NCBI GenBank assembly: GCA_018817165.1
Contig: JAHITY010000072.1
Coordinates: 49,164-113,163 of the forward strand
DNA length: 64,000 bases
Source of the DNA: Candidatus Omnitrophota bacterium
GTDB lineage: Bacteria > Omnitrophota > Gorgyraeia > B26-G9
Direction of reading: 5' to 3'
A model generated the notes under the pieces. It had not been told where the DNA came from. It did no database searches and saw only the letters and a program-made list of their open reading frames with translations. The position numbers were made by a program, and so were the translations under genes. Shown here in pieces: positions 10,174 to 20,026 of the stretch (position 1 is its first letter; every line of letters begins with the position of its first letter).

Positions 10174-11574
10174 ATGTATAAATTATTTAGCAAGGGGATT
10201 GCTGGTTTAATAGTATTTTGTTTTATAGCCACAATGAATATATCTAGTGTCTTAGCTCAGGATGCTAAAATTGATGAATCTCAAGTCGCCGGTGAATTTT
10301 TCGGAATGCCTGTTTCTGCGGCAAATTACTATTTTGCTAAAAGGGTTGTAATGACATTTGGCGCAAAATGGCGAGGAACGCCTAAAGACGAAGCAGAGCT
10401 GGAAGATCTTGTTTGGCAAGAACTGCTTTTCTCTTATGAGGCATTTAACCGCGGAATTACAGTTTCTGATCAGGAGATTGATGCAGAAATTGAAAAGATT
10501 TTGCAATCCAATAAAGTGGATTTTAGCTTTAGGGTCGATAAAGAAAAATATCAGCAGTGGGTTAAGGATACTTTAGGCGTGCCTTTAGACGCGTTTAGAA
10601 ACCAAATAGAACATTTAGTAAAGCTAGAAAAACTAAGAACTCAGATTATTGATGGGTTTGATCCTGAAGTTACAGAGGCAGATGCTTATGCTAAATTTCT
10701 GAATGAGTATAATACGCTGATGGTGGAGTTAAAAGAGTTTGGAGATATTGAAACAGCTCAAGAGTTTTATGAAAAGTCAGTGGCTCCCATTTCGGAAAAA
10801 GCTGATGATCAATTGATCTGGAATGACTTGATCTATTCTTATGCAGCTAGTTTGCGAAAATTCAAAGCGCAGGATGCGGATGTGGATAAAACAATTGAAA
10901 CATTATTGCGCAATGATGAAGTTAGTTTTAAATGGAAAGAGGAGTCTGATAAGTATCATCAATGGATTAAGGATAAATTTGATATGAATTCAGCTGATTT
11001 TAGAAATCATATGACAAGTTTGACCACTATCGATGATTTTAGCCGTAAGCTATTAGCTAAAGAACAGCCAGAGATTGAAAATAAAACAAAATTTGGTGAT
11101 TTTCTGAAGAAAAATAAAACAGTTTCTATTGCCTATAATTTCTTTTTTGATACATTTGAGTCTGCCGGACCCGATGTGCTAAGATTTGCTTCAGCTAATC
11201 AGGCAAAGAAGTTTTATGCGAAGGCAGGTAGAGTACCGGGGTTTTGGGAAGATGAGAAAAGAAAAGATCCGTCAGCTTTTAAGGTCCCGGGTTTTGTTGC
11301 TTTAGACTTTCTTATCCATATGTGGGGTTTTACCAAAGAAGATGCTTATAAAATGCTAGATGAACAAATAGGGGCATATTATCCTCCATCGCCGATTTAT
11401 AAAGGATATGGAGTTTTTAAAATAAAAAAAATTCGTAAGGCTGATCCAGCAGAATTTGAGAGTAAAAAAGAGGATTATCTAAAAAAAGTAAAGATGATCA
11501 AACAATATGATATGTATCAACAATGGGTAGATGATTATAAGAAAAAAGCAGTGATAAAAGTTTACATTAAATAG
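10174..11574 (+). CDS. Exported SurA-N/PrsA-like chaperone protein with an internal duplication
   Basis: Signal peptide (VLA|QD); 'GITVSDQEIDAEIEKI' SurA-N-like helix; parvulin-like C-terminus; duplicated W..L..SY.A segment. Confidence 0.6.
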   Translation: MYKLFSKGIAGLIVFCFIATMNISSVLAQDAKIDESQVAGEFFGMPVSAANYYFAKRVVMTFGAKWRGTPKDEAELEDLVWQELLFSYEAFNRGITVSDQEIDAEIEKILQSNKVDFSFRVDKEKYQQWVKDTLGVPLDAFRNQIEHLVKLEKLRTQIIDGFDPEVTEADAYAKFLNEYNTLMVELKEFGDIETAQEFYEKSVAPISEKADDQLIWNDLIYSYAASLRKFKAQDADVDKTIETLLRNDEVSFKWKEESDKYHQWIKDKFDMNSADFRNHMTSLTTIDDFSRKLLAKEQPEIENKTKFGDFLKKNKTVSIAYNFFFDTFESAGPDVLRFASANQAKKFYAKAGRVPGFWEDEKRKDPSAFKVPGFVALDFLIHMWGFTKEDAYKMLDEQIGAYYPPSPIYKGYGVFKIKKIRKADPAEFESKKEDYLKKVKMIKQYDMYQQWVDDYKKKAVIKVYIK

Positions 11575-11576
11575 TA

Positions 11577-12059
11577 ATGGAAAATACTGTTCAGCAGGCT
11601 AAAGCAGAGATATATAAGCGAGATATTGCTAAAAAGGGCAAGCTTCAGATTACGGTTATTGGAAATTCAATGTATCCCTTTTTAAAAAATAAAGACATTA
11701 TTTTCCTTAATCCCGCCAAATTAACAGACATTTATGTTGGTGATATTGTTTTAACTTATAATGGAATGAGGATGCTTTGTCATCGGGTTTTTAAAATAAA
11801 TAAAGATAGCTTTCAGACTAAAGCTGATGCCTTGATTGGTCCTGATTTAATAGTTTGTGAAAATGATTTAATCGGAAAAGTTGTTGAAAAAATTAGCCCT
11901 AAAAACAAAAGAAGAGTTAATGTTTTGCCGGCAAAATGGTCGGGATTTTTTATTTCGAGAGTTATGATTATTGGCGCTTTTTTTTATATTCCTGCAAGAC
12001 TGCTAAGAAAAATATGGAGAGCTTTAATCTCTTTTTTATCTTTTCAAAGACAACCTTAA
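11577..12059 (+). CDS. S24/S26 family signal-peptidase-like protease
   Basis: GNSMYPFL (Ser), GDIV, CHRV (His), TKAD. Confidence 0.85.
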   Translation: MENTVQQAKAEIYKRDIAKKGKLQITVIGNSMYPFLKNKDIIFLNPAKLTDIYVGDIVLTYNGMRMLCHRVFKINKDSFQTKADALIGPDLIVCENDLIGKVVEKISPKNKRRVNVLPAKWSGFFISRVMIIGAFFYIPARLLRKIWRALISFLSFQRQP

Positions 12060-12062
12060 GAT

Positions 12063-13223
12063 TTGTATAATATGCATAATTATAGAAACGCGATTAATTC
12101 TGAAGCGAGCATAGATAAGCTGATTATCGCTTGTTTGCGCAATTCGGCTGATTGTCAATTGGCGCTAGAAAGCGTGGATTTGCCTCATTTTAACTGGCAG
12201 CTTTTTTTGAAGAAAATTTTCAGTGAGGGGGTTGCTGGATTATTATTTGATAATTTTAGTAAATGGGGCTTGGGAAAGAAATTACCGGATTGGGTCTTAG
12301 CTGAAATAAAACAAAATTATATGCGCAATCTGGGCAGAAATTTATTGATTGCTACTTATTTAGAAAGTGTATTGCAAACTTTCGAGGAAAATCAATTAGA
12401 GGTATTGCTGCTGCGCGGAGCTGATTTTTTAAGCCGATTATACCCGAAGCTGGGCAGCCGGACGATGAGTGATGTTGATTTAGTAATTCATAAAGAAGAT
12501 ATATCCAAAGTTAAGAGTTGTTTGGAAGCTCTTGGCTATCGGCATCCTCAAGGCTATCAATTCCTGTTTGATAACAATGTTTTATTTATAGACCTGCATA
12601 TAGACTATATTGGCTCTTATAAATTAGCGCAGAATTCTTCGTCTCCGACTATAAAAAACCAAGTTATTTGGATGGATGCAATTCCTTTTAAAAGTAATGC
12701 TGTTTATGTTAAGACATTATCAGTTTACGATGCTATTGTCAGTTGTTGCGCCCATTTACAGGAGCATTCATTTTCCAAGCTGATCTGGTTTTATGATATT
12801 CGAAATCTTATAGCTGAAAGCAAAGATGCTTTTGATTGGGATAATTTGATTTTAAAAGCTAGACAGTTTGATTTGGAAAAACCAGTTTTTTATGTGTTAA
12901 GTTACTTGAATATTAATAGGATTTTAAGTGTTCCGGATAAAGTAATGCAGGAACTTCCCTTGCTTAAATTAAATGGTTTGGAAAAGAAATCGCTTAAAAT
13001 GCTATTGAGTTATAGGCGAAGCGATATTTCGGGGGAACTGCTTTATGTTTTTTCTAAAAAAGGATTAATTTCCAAGTTTAAATGTCTATGGCAGTCAATA
13101 TTTATTGATAAAGAGAATTTTCATTTGTCTGTAGAAAAAATAACATTTTGGCATTATCTGAAGCGATTTTTTTCTATGAGCTTGTATGGAATTCGGAAAA
13201 TGTTTAAGCTGATCGTTACTTAA
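12063..13223 (+). CDS. Nucleotidyltransferase family protein (NTP_transf_5-like)
   Basis: LLLRGA..LYP...R.MSDVDL, IDLH, H...H....LIWFYDI. Confidence 0.85.
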   Translation: MYNMHNYRNAINSEASIDKLIIACLRNSADCQLALESVDLPHFNWQLFLKKIFSEGVAGLLFDNFSKWGLGKKLPDWVLAEIKQNYMRNLGRNLLIATYLESVLQTFEENQLEVLLLRGADFLSRLYPKLGSRTMSDVDLVIHKEDISKVKSCLEALGYRHPQGYQFLFDNNVLFIDLHIDYIGSYKLAQNSSSPTIKNQVIWMDAIPFKSNAVYVKTLSVYDAIVSCCAHLQEHSFSKLIWFYDIRNLIAESKDAFDWDNLILKARQFDLEKPVFYVLSYLNINRILSVPDKVMQELPLLKLNGLEKKSLKMLLSYRRSDISGELLYVFSKKGLISKFKCLWQSIFIDKENFHLSVEKITFWHYLKRFFSMSLYGIRKMFKLIVT

Positions 13224-13226
13224 ATA

Positions 13227-14048
13227 ATGAAAAATAGAGAAAGCCAAGTGATGGATTTATTAATTGGCGGTATATATATTAAAATCAAGAGCAATAATTC
13301 TTATTTTTTAAGGAAAACGGCAGATGAGTTTAAGTCATTTGTTTTAGAAAATAAGACAAGTGATTATTTTTTGATTGAAGTGATTGATGATTATATACCT
13401 AAAGAAATTGACGCTATTAGTGTTAAGAGAAAAGATAGTGTTTTTAAAGCCCAGGCGGATGAGTTTATTGCGAGCATTGATCTGGGGAAAAAGATAGCTA
13501 AAGTGCATGTAGCTGATCTGGCAGGGGTTTTTAATTGTTTCCTTAGGGTGTTTTATTCAATTGTCCTATTGGACAATAATGGTTTCTTGGTTCACGCGGC
13601 TGGATTGTCTTTTCAAGGGAAGGGGTATGTGTTTTCCGGAGCTTCAGAAAGCGGCAAAACAACCACTGCAAGAATGGCGCAGGATTGTAAGGTTTTCAGC
13701 GATGAACTGGTTCTTATTAGGCAAATTAACAAACACAATTTTATTTATTCAACGCCGTTTCATGGTGAATTTGAGGGGGATATCTTAAGTGATTGTGTTG
13801 ATTTGGAGGCATTAGCTTTTTTAAGTAAGGATATTCCCCGGGGATACAAGCGATTAAGCAAAATAGAAATATTTACTAGTTTAATGGTAAATATTTTCTT
13901 TTTTTCCTGGGATGATGAATCTAATCAGAAATTGATCAACCTAGTTAGCTGTATAGGTGAAAGTCAAAGTGGTTATAAGGTTGATTTATTTAATTATGAT
14001 ATTAGGAGGGTTATTAATGGAATCAGTAAAAACAATAATTCGCAATAA
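13227..14048 (+). CDS. HPr-kinase-related P-loop kinase (ScmC/PadeK-like)
   Basis: LVHAAG...FSGASESGKTT...FSDE...STPF. Confidence 0.8.
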   Translation: MKNRESQVMDLLIGGIYIKIKSNNSYFLRKTADEFKSFVLENKTSDYFLIEVIDDYIPKEIDAISVKRKDSVFKAQADEFIASIDLGKKIAKVHVADLAGVFNCFLRVFYSIVLLDNNGFLVHAAGLSFQGKGYVFSGASESGKTTTARMAQDCKVFSDELVLIRQINKHNFIYSTPFHGEFEGDILSDCVDLEALAFLSKDIPRGYKRLSKIEIFTSLMVNIFFFSWDDESNQKLINLVSCIGESQSGYKVDLFNYDIRRVINGISKNNNSQ

Positions 14049-14292
14049 TAAAGCAGCGTGGCAGCAAGTAGAGGATAATGTAATTGTTGTTACCAGTCAG
14101 ACAAGAAAAATGCATATTCTCGAAGGAGTTGGTGGCAGGATTTGGCAATTGCTTGAAAATCCTATGAGTAGGAATGAATTAATTGAAAAAATTCAAATAG
14201 AATATGATGCTCCTCCATGGCAAATACAGGAAGATATCGATAATTTTCTAAAAGAATTATCAGAAAAATTAATAATTAAAATAAATGGATAA
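14017..14292 (+). CDS. PqqD-family RiPP recognition element (RRE)
   Basis: 91 aa from the ATG at 14017 (SD AGGAGG); ILEGVGGRIWQLL..EYDA...EDIDNFLKEL. Confidence 0.9.
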   Translation: MESVKTIIRNNKAAWQQVEDNVIVVTSQTRKMHILEGVGGRIWQLLENPMSRNELIEKIQIEYDAPPWQIQEDIDNFLKELSEKLIIKING

Positions 14293-15322
14293 GCAGATGC
14301 AAACTATTTGGAGCAAAGTTAAAGCGGATTTAAAACAAAAAGCAATCCCGATTGATGTTGTGCTTGAGTTGACTCGGAAATGTAATCTGAGTTGCTGTCA
14401 TTGTTATAATTTTAAAGATAATGCAGAGCTTAGTTTTGTCCAGGTTAAGGATATTGCCAGGCAATTAAGACAGGCAGGAACTTTATTTTTATCATTAACC
14501 GGCGGGGAAATTTTTACAAAAGCGGATATTTTTGAAATCTGTTTTTATTTGCGTCAGAGTTGCTTTGCTCTATCGATATTTACGAATGGAACCTTAATAA
14601 ATCAGAGCAATATCAAGATTATCCGGGAATTAGATCTTAATGAAGTGGGAATCAGCATACAGGGGGCAATAGCAAAAACTCATGACAAGATTGTTGGTTG
14701 TCAGGGGGCTTTTGCTAAATCAATAAACGCGATAAAATTATTGAAAAACGCTCAAATTCCGGTTAATTTAAAATGCACATTAATGCAAGATAACTTTGCG
14801 GAATATCATGATTTGATCAAGCTGGCAAGTGAACTGGGGGTGCCTTATATTATTGACCCGGTTGTTTCGCCAAAAGATGATGGCTCAAAAGATGTTTTAG
14901 CGCATCGCTTAGATGAAAAACAATTGTTTGATTTTTATCAAAATGAGTTACTCGAACAAAATAGTTTTATGCAAAAAAAAGAAGAAGATCCTGATGCTGA
15001 TTTCAGTTGTCCGGCAGGAACGGTTATGGCGAGTATTTCGGCAAAAGGAGATGTTTATCCTTGTATTCAGCTTCCCAAAAAGTTAGGTAATGTGTTTGAT
15101 ACTGATTTTAGAGGAATTTGGGAAAATTCAAAATTTTTAACTGAGCTAAGAGAAAAAACAAATATTCCGGCTTGTCGTAATTGCCGATTAGCGGCTTATT
15201 GCACCAGATGTCCTGGCTTAGCCTATCTTGAAGACGGAAATGCCTTTGGGATATCAAGCATTGCTTGCATTAATGCCGCGGTTTATGAGAAAATAGTAAA
15301 GCAAGAAACCTTAAACAAATGA
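14285..15322 (+). CDS. Radical SAM/SPASM domain peptide maturase
   Basis: CNLSCCHC, TGGE, SPASM cysteines CPAG..GDVYPC..CRNC..CTRC. Confidence 0.92.
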   Translation: MDKQMQTIWSKVKADLKQKAIPIDVVLELTRKCNLSCCHCYNFKDNAELSFVQVKDIARQLRQAGTLFLSLTGGEIFTKADIFEICFYLRQSCFALSIFTNGTLINQSNIKIIRELDLNEVGISIQGAIAKTHDKIVGCQGAFAKSINAIKLLKNAQIPVNLKCTLMQDNFAEYHDLIKLASELGVPYIIDPVVSPKDDGSKDVLAHRLDEKQLFDFYQNELLEQNSFMQKKEEDPDADFSCPAGTVMASISAKGDVYPCIQLPKKLGNVFDTDFRGIWENSKFLTELREKTNIPACRNCRLAAYCTRCPGLAYLEDGNAFGISSIACINAAVYEKIVKQETLNK

Positions 15323-17274
15323 GGATTATGAATAATCGATTGATTAAAAAACTTACGATTCAAATAATTATTATAGTGGTGATTATTGCCGCAGTATTTT
15401 CCTTTCTAATTAGTATGCAGACCAAAGAGCTTAAGTCTCGGATCATTGATAAGGCGGGGTTGTTTTCGTCTATTCTGGGAGCGCATCTAGATAATATAAT
15501 CGAAAATAATTTACGGGCATATGAAGCTTTGCAGCAAAATGTTGTGCAATTAACCAAAGATAATCAGGATATTGAAGAAATCAGTATTATTGCTCAGGAA
15601 AAAGTAGTTATCGCTGCCAGTGATAAAAATCTGATTGGTAAGGTTCCAGAGTTCGCGCATATCGCGATAATTGATGATGTTATTAAAACTAAACGTTCAA
15701 GAGCGATTGTCAGCTCTGAATTGGGGCGGGAGATTGTGATCCATTTCTTACCTTTATTCGCTGCGGATATAAATAAAAATGAGCTGTTGGGAATTATGCA
15801 GATGAAAGCAAAATTTCCTTCGCAAAAGGGCGAGATCGTCACTGCTTTGCGAAAAAATCGAAATGCTTACTATAAAGAAGAGGCTTTGCGTTTTGCGACG
15901 TCTCTTTCCAAATCGCTGGAAATTGTTTTAGGGGAAGTCAAAAGAAACTCGACTTATCTTGATGAATTAATCAGCAATATGTTAAAAGATAAGGAAATCC
16001 GAGATATAAAAATATTTTTAAAAGATTTAGAGTTTTTAATATCAGCAACTAAGGGCAGAGGTAATTTGGCTTTAACAGAGCAAGAAAAATCAATTTTTCT
16101 TAAAGTGATGCAAGATGAAAAAATAATGACCCATACAGTGGGAAAAAAAGAATATTTAACTGAAATTATCAGCCCGCTATATATAAGTTTAGATAATCAG
16201 AAAAAATCGCTGGGCGCGGTGGGAATTGTGATTTCAGCGGAGCAGGTGACTTCTTTGATTCGCATACGGAGAAATTACATTATTTTAATGAGTTTTGTGA
16301 TTATCTGTGCTTTTGTGTTGATAATCGGAATATTTTTTAAGCTGTCGATTATTCGACCGATTCGGGATCTTATAAATATGACTAAAGGGATTGCCCTGGG
16401 AGATTTTTCTAAAAAAGTTATGCTGGCGGCTAATGATGAAATAGGAGATTTAACCAAGGCATTTAATCATATGGCAGATGAACTGTCAAGTTCAAAGCAG
16501 GAAATTGAAGATTGGAATCTGCGGCTGCAAGATAAAATTGAAGCAGTGACCAAGGATCTTAATGCTAAACAGCAAATGCTGATTGAATCAGAAAAAATGG
16601 CTTCTCTGGGCGTTTTATCCGCAGGGATCGCGCATGAAATCAATAATCCCTTGGGGGTTATTTTAGGGCATGCTCAAATGCTGATAAAAGAATTAAAAGA
16701 AAAAAAATCATTAGATAATCCTCAAGAATCAATTCAGATGCTGGAGACAATTGAAAGTTATACTAGGCGCTGTTCATATATTGTAAATAGTTTAATTCAA
16801 TTTGCCAGGGAAAAACAAATGCAGATGATTGATGTGGATGTGAATCAGGCAATAGAAAATGCTTTGATTTTTACGCAGAACCGGATATCGAATAAAAGCA
16901 TTGAAATCGTTAAAACCCTCGAAGAAAATCTGCCAAATATCGCTGCTGATCAGATTCATCTGGAGCAGGTGTTTATTAATATTATTCTGAATGCTGAAGC
17001 AAGCATGCCGCAAGGCGGGAGCCTTAAAATTTCTACTCAGAAAACTAATGCACAAATAAAAGTTTTATTCGAAGATAATGGCCAAGGGATTTCTAAGGAT
17101 GATATGAATCGGATTTTTGAGCCGTTCTTTTCCACCAAAGATCCGGGCAAAGGTTCCGGCTTGGGATTGTCATTAAGTTATGGGATTATCCAGGCGCATG
17201 GAGGGGATATAAAGATCGTCAGTAAAAAAAATAAAGGGACATTGGTTGAAGTTTTATTACCGCTTAAGGGGTAA
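15319..17274 (+). CDS. Membrane sensor histidine kinase (NtrB-like; periplasmic domain, HAMP, HisKA, HATPase)
   Basis: Two TM helices, HAMP, AHEINNPL, FEPFFSTK..GSGLGL. Confidence 0.95.
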   Translation: MRIMNNRLIKKLTIQIIIIVVIIAAVFSFLISMQTKELKSRIIDKAGLFSSILGAHLDNIIENNLRAYEALQQNVVQLTKDNQDIEEISIIAQEKVVIAASDKNLIGKVPEFAHIAIIDDVIKTKRSRAIVSSELGREIVIHFLPLFAADINKNELLGIMQMKAKFPSQKGEIVTALRKNRNAYYKEEALRFATSLSKSLEIVLGEVKRNSTYLDELISNMLKDKEIRDIKIFLKDLEFLISATKGRGNLALTEQEKSIFLKVMQDEKIMTHTVGKKEYLTEIISPLYISLDNQKKSLGAVGIVISAEQVTSLIRIRRNYIILMSFVIICAFVLIIGIFFKLSIIRPIRDLINMTKGIALGDFSKKVMLAANDEIGDLTKAFNHMADELSSSKQEIEDWNLRLQDKIEAVTKDLNAKQQMLIESEKMASLGVLSAGIAHEINNPLGVILGHAQMLIKELKEKKSLDNPQESIQMLETIESYTRRCSYIVNSLIQFAREKQMQMIDVDVNQAIENALIFTQNRISNKSIEIVKTLEENLPNIAADQIHLEQVFINIILNAEASMPQGGSLKISTQKTNAQIKVLFEDNGQGISKDDMNRIFEPFFSTKDPGKGSGLGLSLSYGIIQAHGGDIKIVSKKNKGTLVEVLLPLKG

Positions 17275-17283
17275 ATTAGAAAA

Positions 17284-18663
17284 ATGAAAAAAGAACATAT
17301 TCTAGTTGTAGATGATGAACCGGGAATGCGGCAGTTTTTAAATAAACTGTTAAGCGATAATGGTTATAAAATTTCAACAGCGGAAAATGGAAATGATGCA
17401 CTTGATTTAATCGCGAAACAGGTCCCGGATTTGGCAATAATTGATTTTAAAATGCCGGGCATGGATGGATTACAGTTATTAAGCAAGATAAAAGAAAAGT
17501 TTCCCCAAGTAACTGTGATCATGATGACAGCTTATGGCACAATGGAGAACGCTATCCGGGCAATCAAATCAGGAGCATATGATTATCTTTCTAAGCCTTT
17601 TGAGATTGAATCAATATTGTTGGTTATAAATAAGGCTTTAGAGAAAAAACGTTTAGAAGCGGAAAACCTAACCTTACGCCAAGAGCTTAAAAAAACCTAT
17701 ACTTTTTCTGATATTATTTCCGAAAACGCGGCAATGCATAAAATATTTGATCTGATTAAAAAAGTCGCGCCAACTAAAAGTACAGTTTTAATCCAAGGCC
17801 AGACCGGAACAGGCAAAGAACTAGTTGCTCGAGCGATTCATGCTTTAAGTCCCAGGCAGGAAAAGAATTTTGTGCCGGTTGATTGCGCGGCTTTAACGGA
17901 AAGTCTGCTGGAGAGTGAATTGTTTGGCCATGTAAGAGGGGCGTTTACCGGCGCCAGCCAGGATAAAAAGGGCTTGTTTGAAGTTGCGGATGGCGGAACA
18001 ATCTTTCTCGATGAAATTGGGCATATTTCCAAAGAAGTGCAGGCAAAACTTTTAAGAGTATTGCAGGATGGTGATATCAAAAGGGTGGGCGAAGCATTGA
18101 CCAGAACAGTTGATGTGCGATTGATTGCAGCCAGCAATGAAGATATTGAAAAAGCGGTTAAGCAAGGGACTTTTCGGGAAGACCTTTTTTATCGTTTGAA
18201 TGTAGTGCCGGTTTGGATTCCAGCGCTGATGGACAGAGCGGAAGATATTCCGATGCTGGTAGAGCACTTTATTTTAAAATACAATCGGATTGAAGCAAAA
18301 AAAGTCGAGGGCATGACCAGTACTGCTTTAAAAATCTTGATGGAGTATTCTTGGCCTGGTAATGTTCGGGAGTTGGAAAATATTATTCACCGGGCAGTGG
18401 TTATGGCTACAGAGGCTAAGATTGACCTTGCGGATTTGCCGCAGGTTGTAAGAATTGCTCCGACCGCTGACCTAAGAGACAAGTCGCGTACGCTTAATTT
18501 TAAAAAGGCAAAGCAAAGGGCGATAGAGGTTTTTGAACAGAGGTTCTTAACAGAGGCCCTTATGCGGCATGAAGGAAATGTGAGCCGGACAGCTAAAGAG
18601 ATAGGCCTGGACAGAAGGAACCTACACAAAAAATTAAAAAGTTACAAGATAAAATCCCGCTAA
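17284..18663 (+). CDS. Sigma54-dependent response regulator (NtrC/AtoC family)
   Basis: REC domain, GQTGTGKE, ELFGH.RGAFTGA, WPGNVRELEN, Fis-type HTH. Confidence 0.96.
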   Translation: MKKEHILVVDDEPGMRQFLNKLLSDNGYKISTAENGNDALDLIAKQVPDLAIIDFKMPGMDGLQLLSKIKEKFPQVTVIMMTAYGTMENAIRAIKSGAYDYLSKPFEIESILLVINKALEKKRLEAENLTLRQELKKTYTFSDIISENAAMHKIFDLIKKVAPTKSTVLIQGQTGTGKELVARAIHALSPRQEKNFVPVDCAALTESLLESELFGHVRGAFTGASQDKKGLFEVADGGTIFLDEIGHISKEVQAKLLRVLQDGDIKRVGEALTRTVDVRLIAASNEDIEKAVKQGTFREDLFYRLNVVPVWIPALMDRAEDIPMLVEHFILKYNRIEAKKVEGMTSTALKILMEYSWPGNVRELENIIHRAVVMATEAKIDLADLPQVVRIAPTADLRDKSRTLNFKKAKQRAIEVFEQRFLTEALMRHEGNVSRTAKEIGLDRRNLHKKLKSYKIKSR

Positions 18664-18704
18664 TTTCCCCTTTCTTAAAACATAAAAAATACTTAAAAAT
18701 CTCC

Positions 18705-18737
18705 ATAAGTAACAAAACAAGCAATGCTTGAAATGTA
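18705..18737 (+). repeat. RAYT-flanking repeat, copy 1 (overlaps the -35 of a TTGAAA-N17-TAAAAT promoter)
   Basis: 30/33 identical to 19828-19860. Confidence 0.75.
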
Positions 18738-18779
18738 ATAAATTGTAGTTTAAAATAATATGGAGGAAAAGGAGGGAAA

Positions 18780-19639
18780 ATGAGAAAGGTAGAAGGGGTT
18801 CCGCTGGCTAGGGAAAGAATAATCTATCCTAATGCTGTTTATCATATTACGCACCGGGCGCCGGGGCGAGAGATGCTATTCCTCGAAGATAGTGATTATC
18901 TTTACATGCTTTCCTTGTTAAAAAGTATTCCGCAGAAATTTAGCTGGAAGATATTTTCATTTTGCTTGATGCCTAATCATTTGCATTTATTGGTTCGAAT
19001 AAAAGATGTAAATCTTTCGCTGGGAGCAAAATATTTATTTGAAAAATACGCAAAATATCTTAACGCGAAATATTCAAGAAAAGGTCCGGTTTTTTGTAAG
19101 CCTTTTAGGGCGAGTTTATGCTTGAATGATAAATATTTGCTTGCTATTTCTTTGTATATTCATTTGAATCCATTTAAAGCCGGATTAATTATGGAATTGA
19201 GTAAATACAGGTGGAGTTCTTTGAATTTATTTATAGGAAGAATTAGTACTCAAAGTTTTGTTGATTGTGATTTTATCTTAAATATGTTAAACGACAATAC
19301 TGAGAAATCAAAAGAAATATATATTAATTTAATAAACGATGCGATAAATGTCCGGCTAAATGCTATTTCTCAGGATCGCAATGCCTTAAACAATTTTAGG
19401 CTGGAATTTGCTTATTACATGAAATCAAAAAATAAGGTAGATAACGTTGATGAAGACACATTGAAGCTATGTGAGGAAATAGAAAGAAGTAAAAAAAACA
19501 AGCAGTGCACTCATCCGGAAGATGTAGCTGCTCTAAAATATCTAGGGAGCAGCTACTTGCCAACGGCTATACAATTTCAGAAATTGCCAAAATGCTGCAC
19601 AAAAGCCGACAGCTTATTTCCCGCAAATTAATCAAGTAA
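18780..19639 (+). mobile_element. REP-associated tyrosine transposase (RAYT, Y1/HUH) with a frameshifted C-terminal HTH
   Basis: YHITHR, MPNHLHLL (HUH), YIHLNP, YRWSS; HTH-like tail EQLLANGYTISEIAKMLHKSRQLISRKL in another frame at 19547-19639. Confidence 0.85.
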
Positions 19640-19662
19640 TCCTGTTTACTGCTAAAAATAAT

Positions 19663-19860
19663 CAAATATAACATAAAGAGCATTGCTTATAATGTTATAT
19701 TTGGCTTGGATAGAGAAATATGGATAAAAAATTAAGGTTTTACCAGATAAATCTTCGCAAGTCTCCCTTTTTTAAAACACACAAAATATTATTTAATTTG
19801 GAAGCATTAAAGAGCACTAAAGTATCTATAAGTAACATTATAAGCAATGCTTGAAATGTA
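19663..19860. repeat. REPIN-like inverted pair downstream of the RAYT
   Basis: AGCATTGCTTATAATGTTA (19679-19697) is the exact reverse complement of 19833-19851; 12-bp hairpin at 19663-19703. Confidence 0.7.
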
Positions 19861-19879
19861 TATTTTATTAGTTGGGAAA

Positions 19880-19916
19880 TGTGTAAAATAGTACTCAGTG
19901 AGGCATTTTGTACGCA
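19880..19916 (+). promoter_or_regulatory. Putative tandem upstream activator (bEBP) sites
   Basis: TGTGT-N8-ACTCA and TGAGG-N8-ACGCA pseudo-palindromes 110-150 bp upstream of the sigma54 promoter. Confidence 0.55.
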
Positions 19917-20026
19917 TTTATTTTAATAAATTTGTGATGGGATAGTATTTATTGAATTATTAGTGTTGTAACACGCTCAAAATAAAGATATTATGAGTAA
20001 GGAGAATTTAATTTTTACAAGTTGTC

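Noticed and set aside
13957-14016. Longer GTG start for the PqqD ORF (and the 52436 start for gspJ)
   Set aside because: Downstream starts at 14017 and 52499 have clear SD sequences and give family-typical N-termini
11577-14292. Lasso peptide cluster
   Set aside because: No asparagine-synthetase-like cyclase or transglutaminase-like B2 protease in the window
14017-15322. PQQ cofactor biosynthesis (pqqD/pqqE)
   Set aside because: No pqqB/pqqC, and the candidate precursor lacks the PqqA ExxxY core; the 'PQQ-like' propellers are only a structural fold
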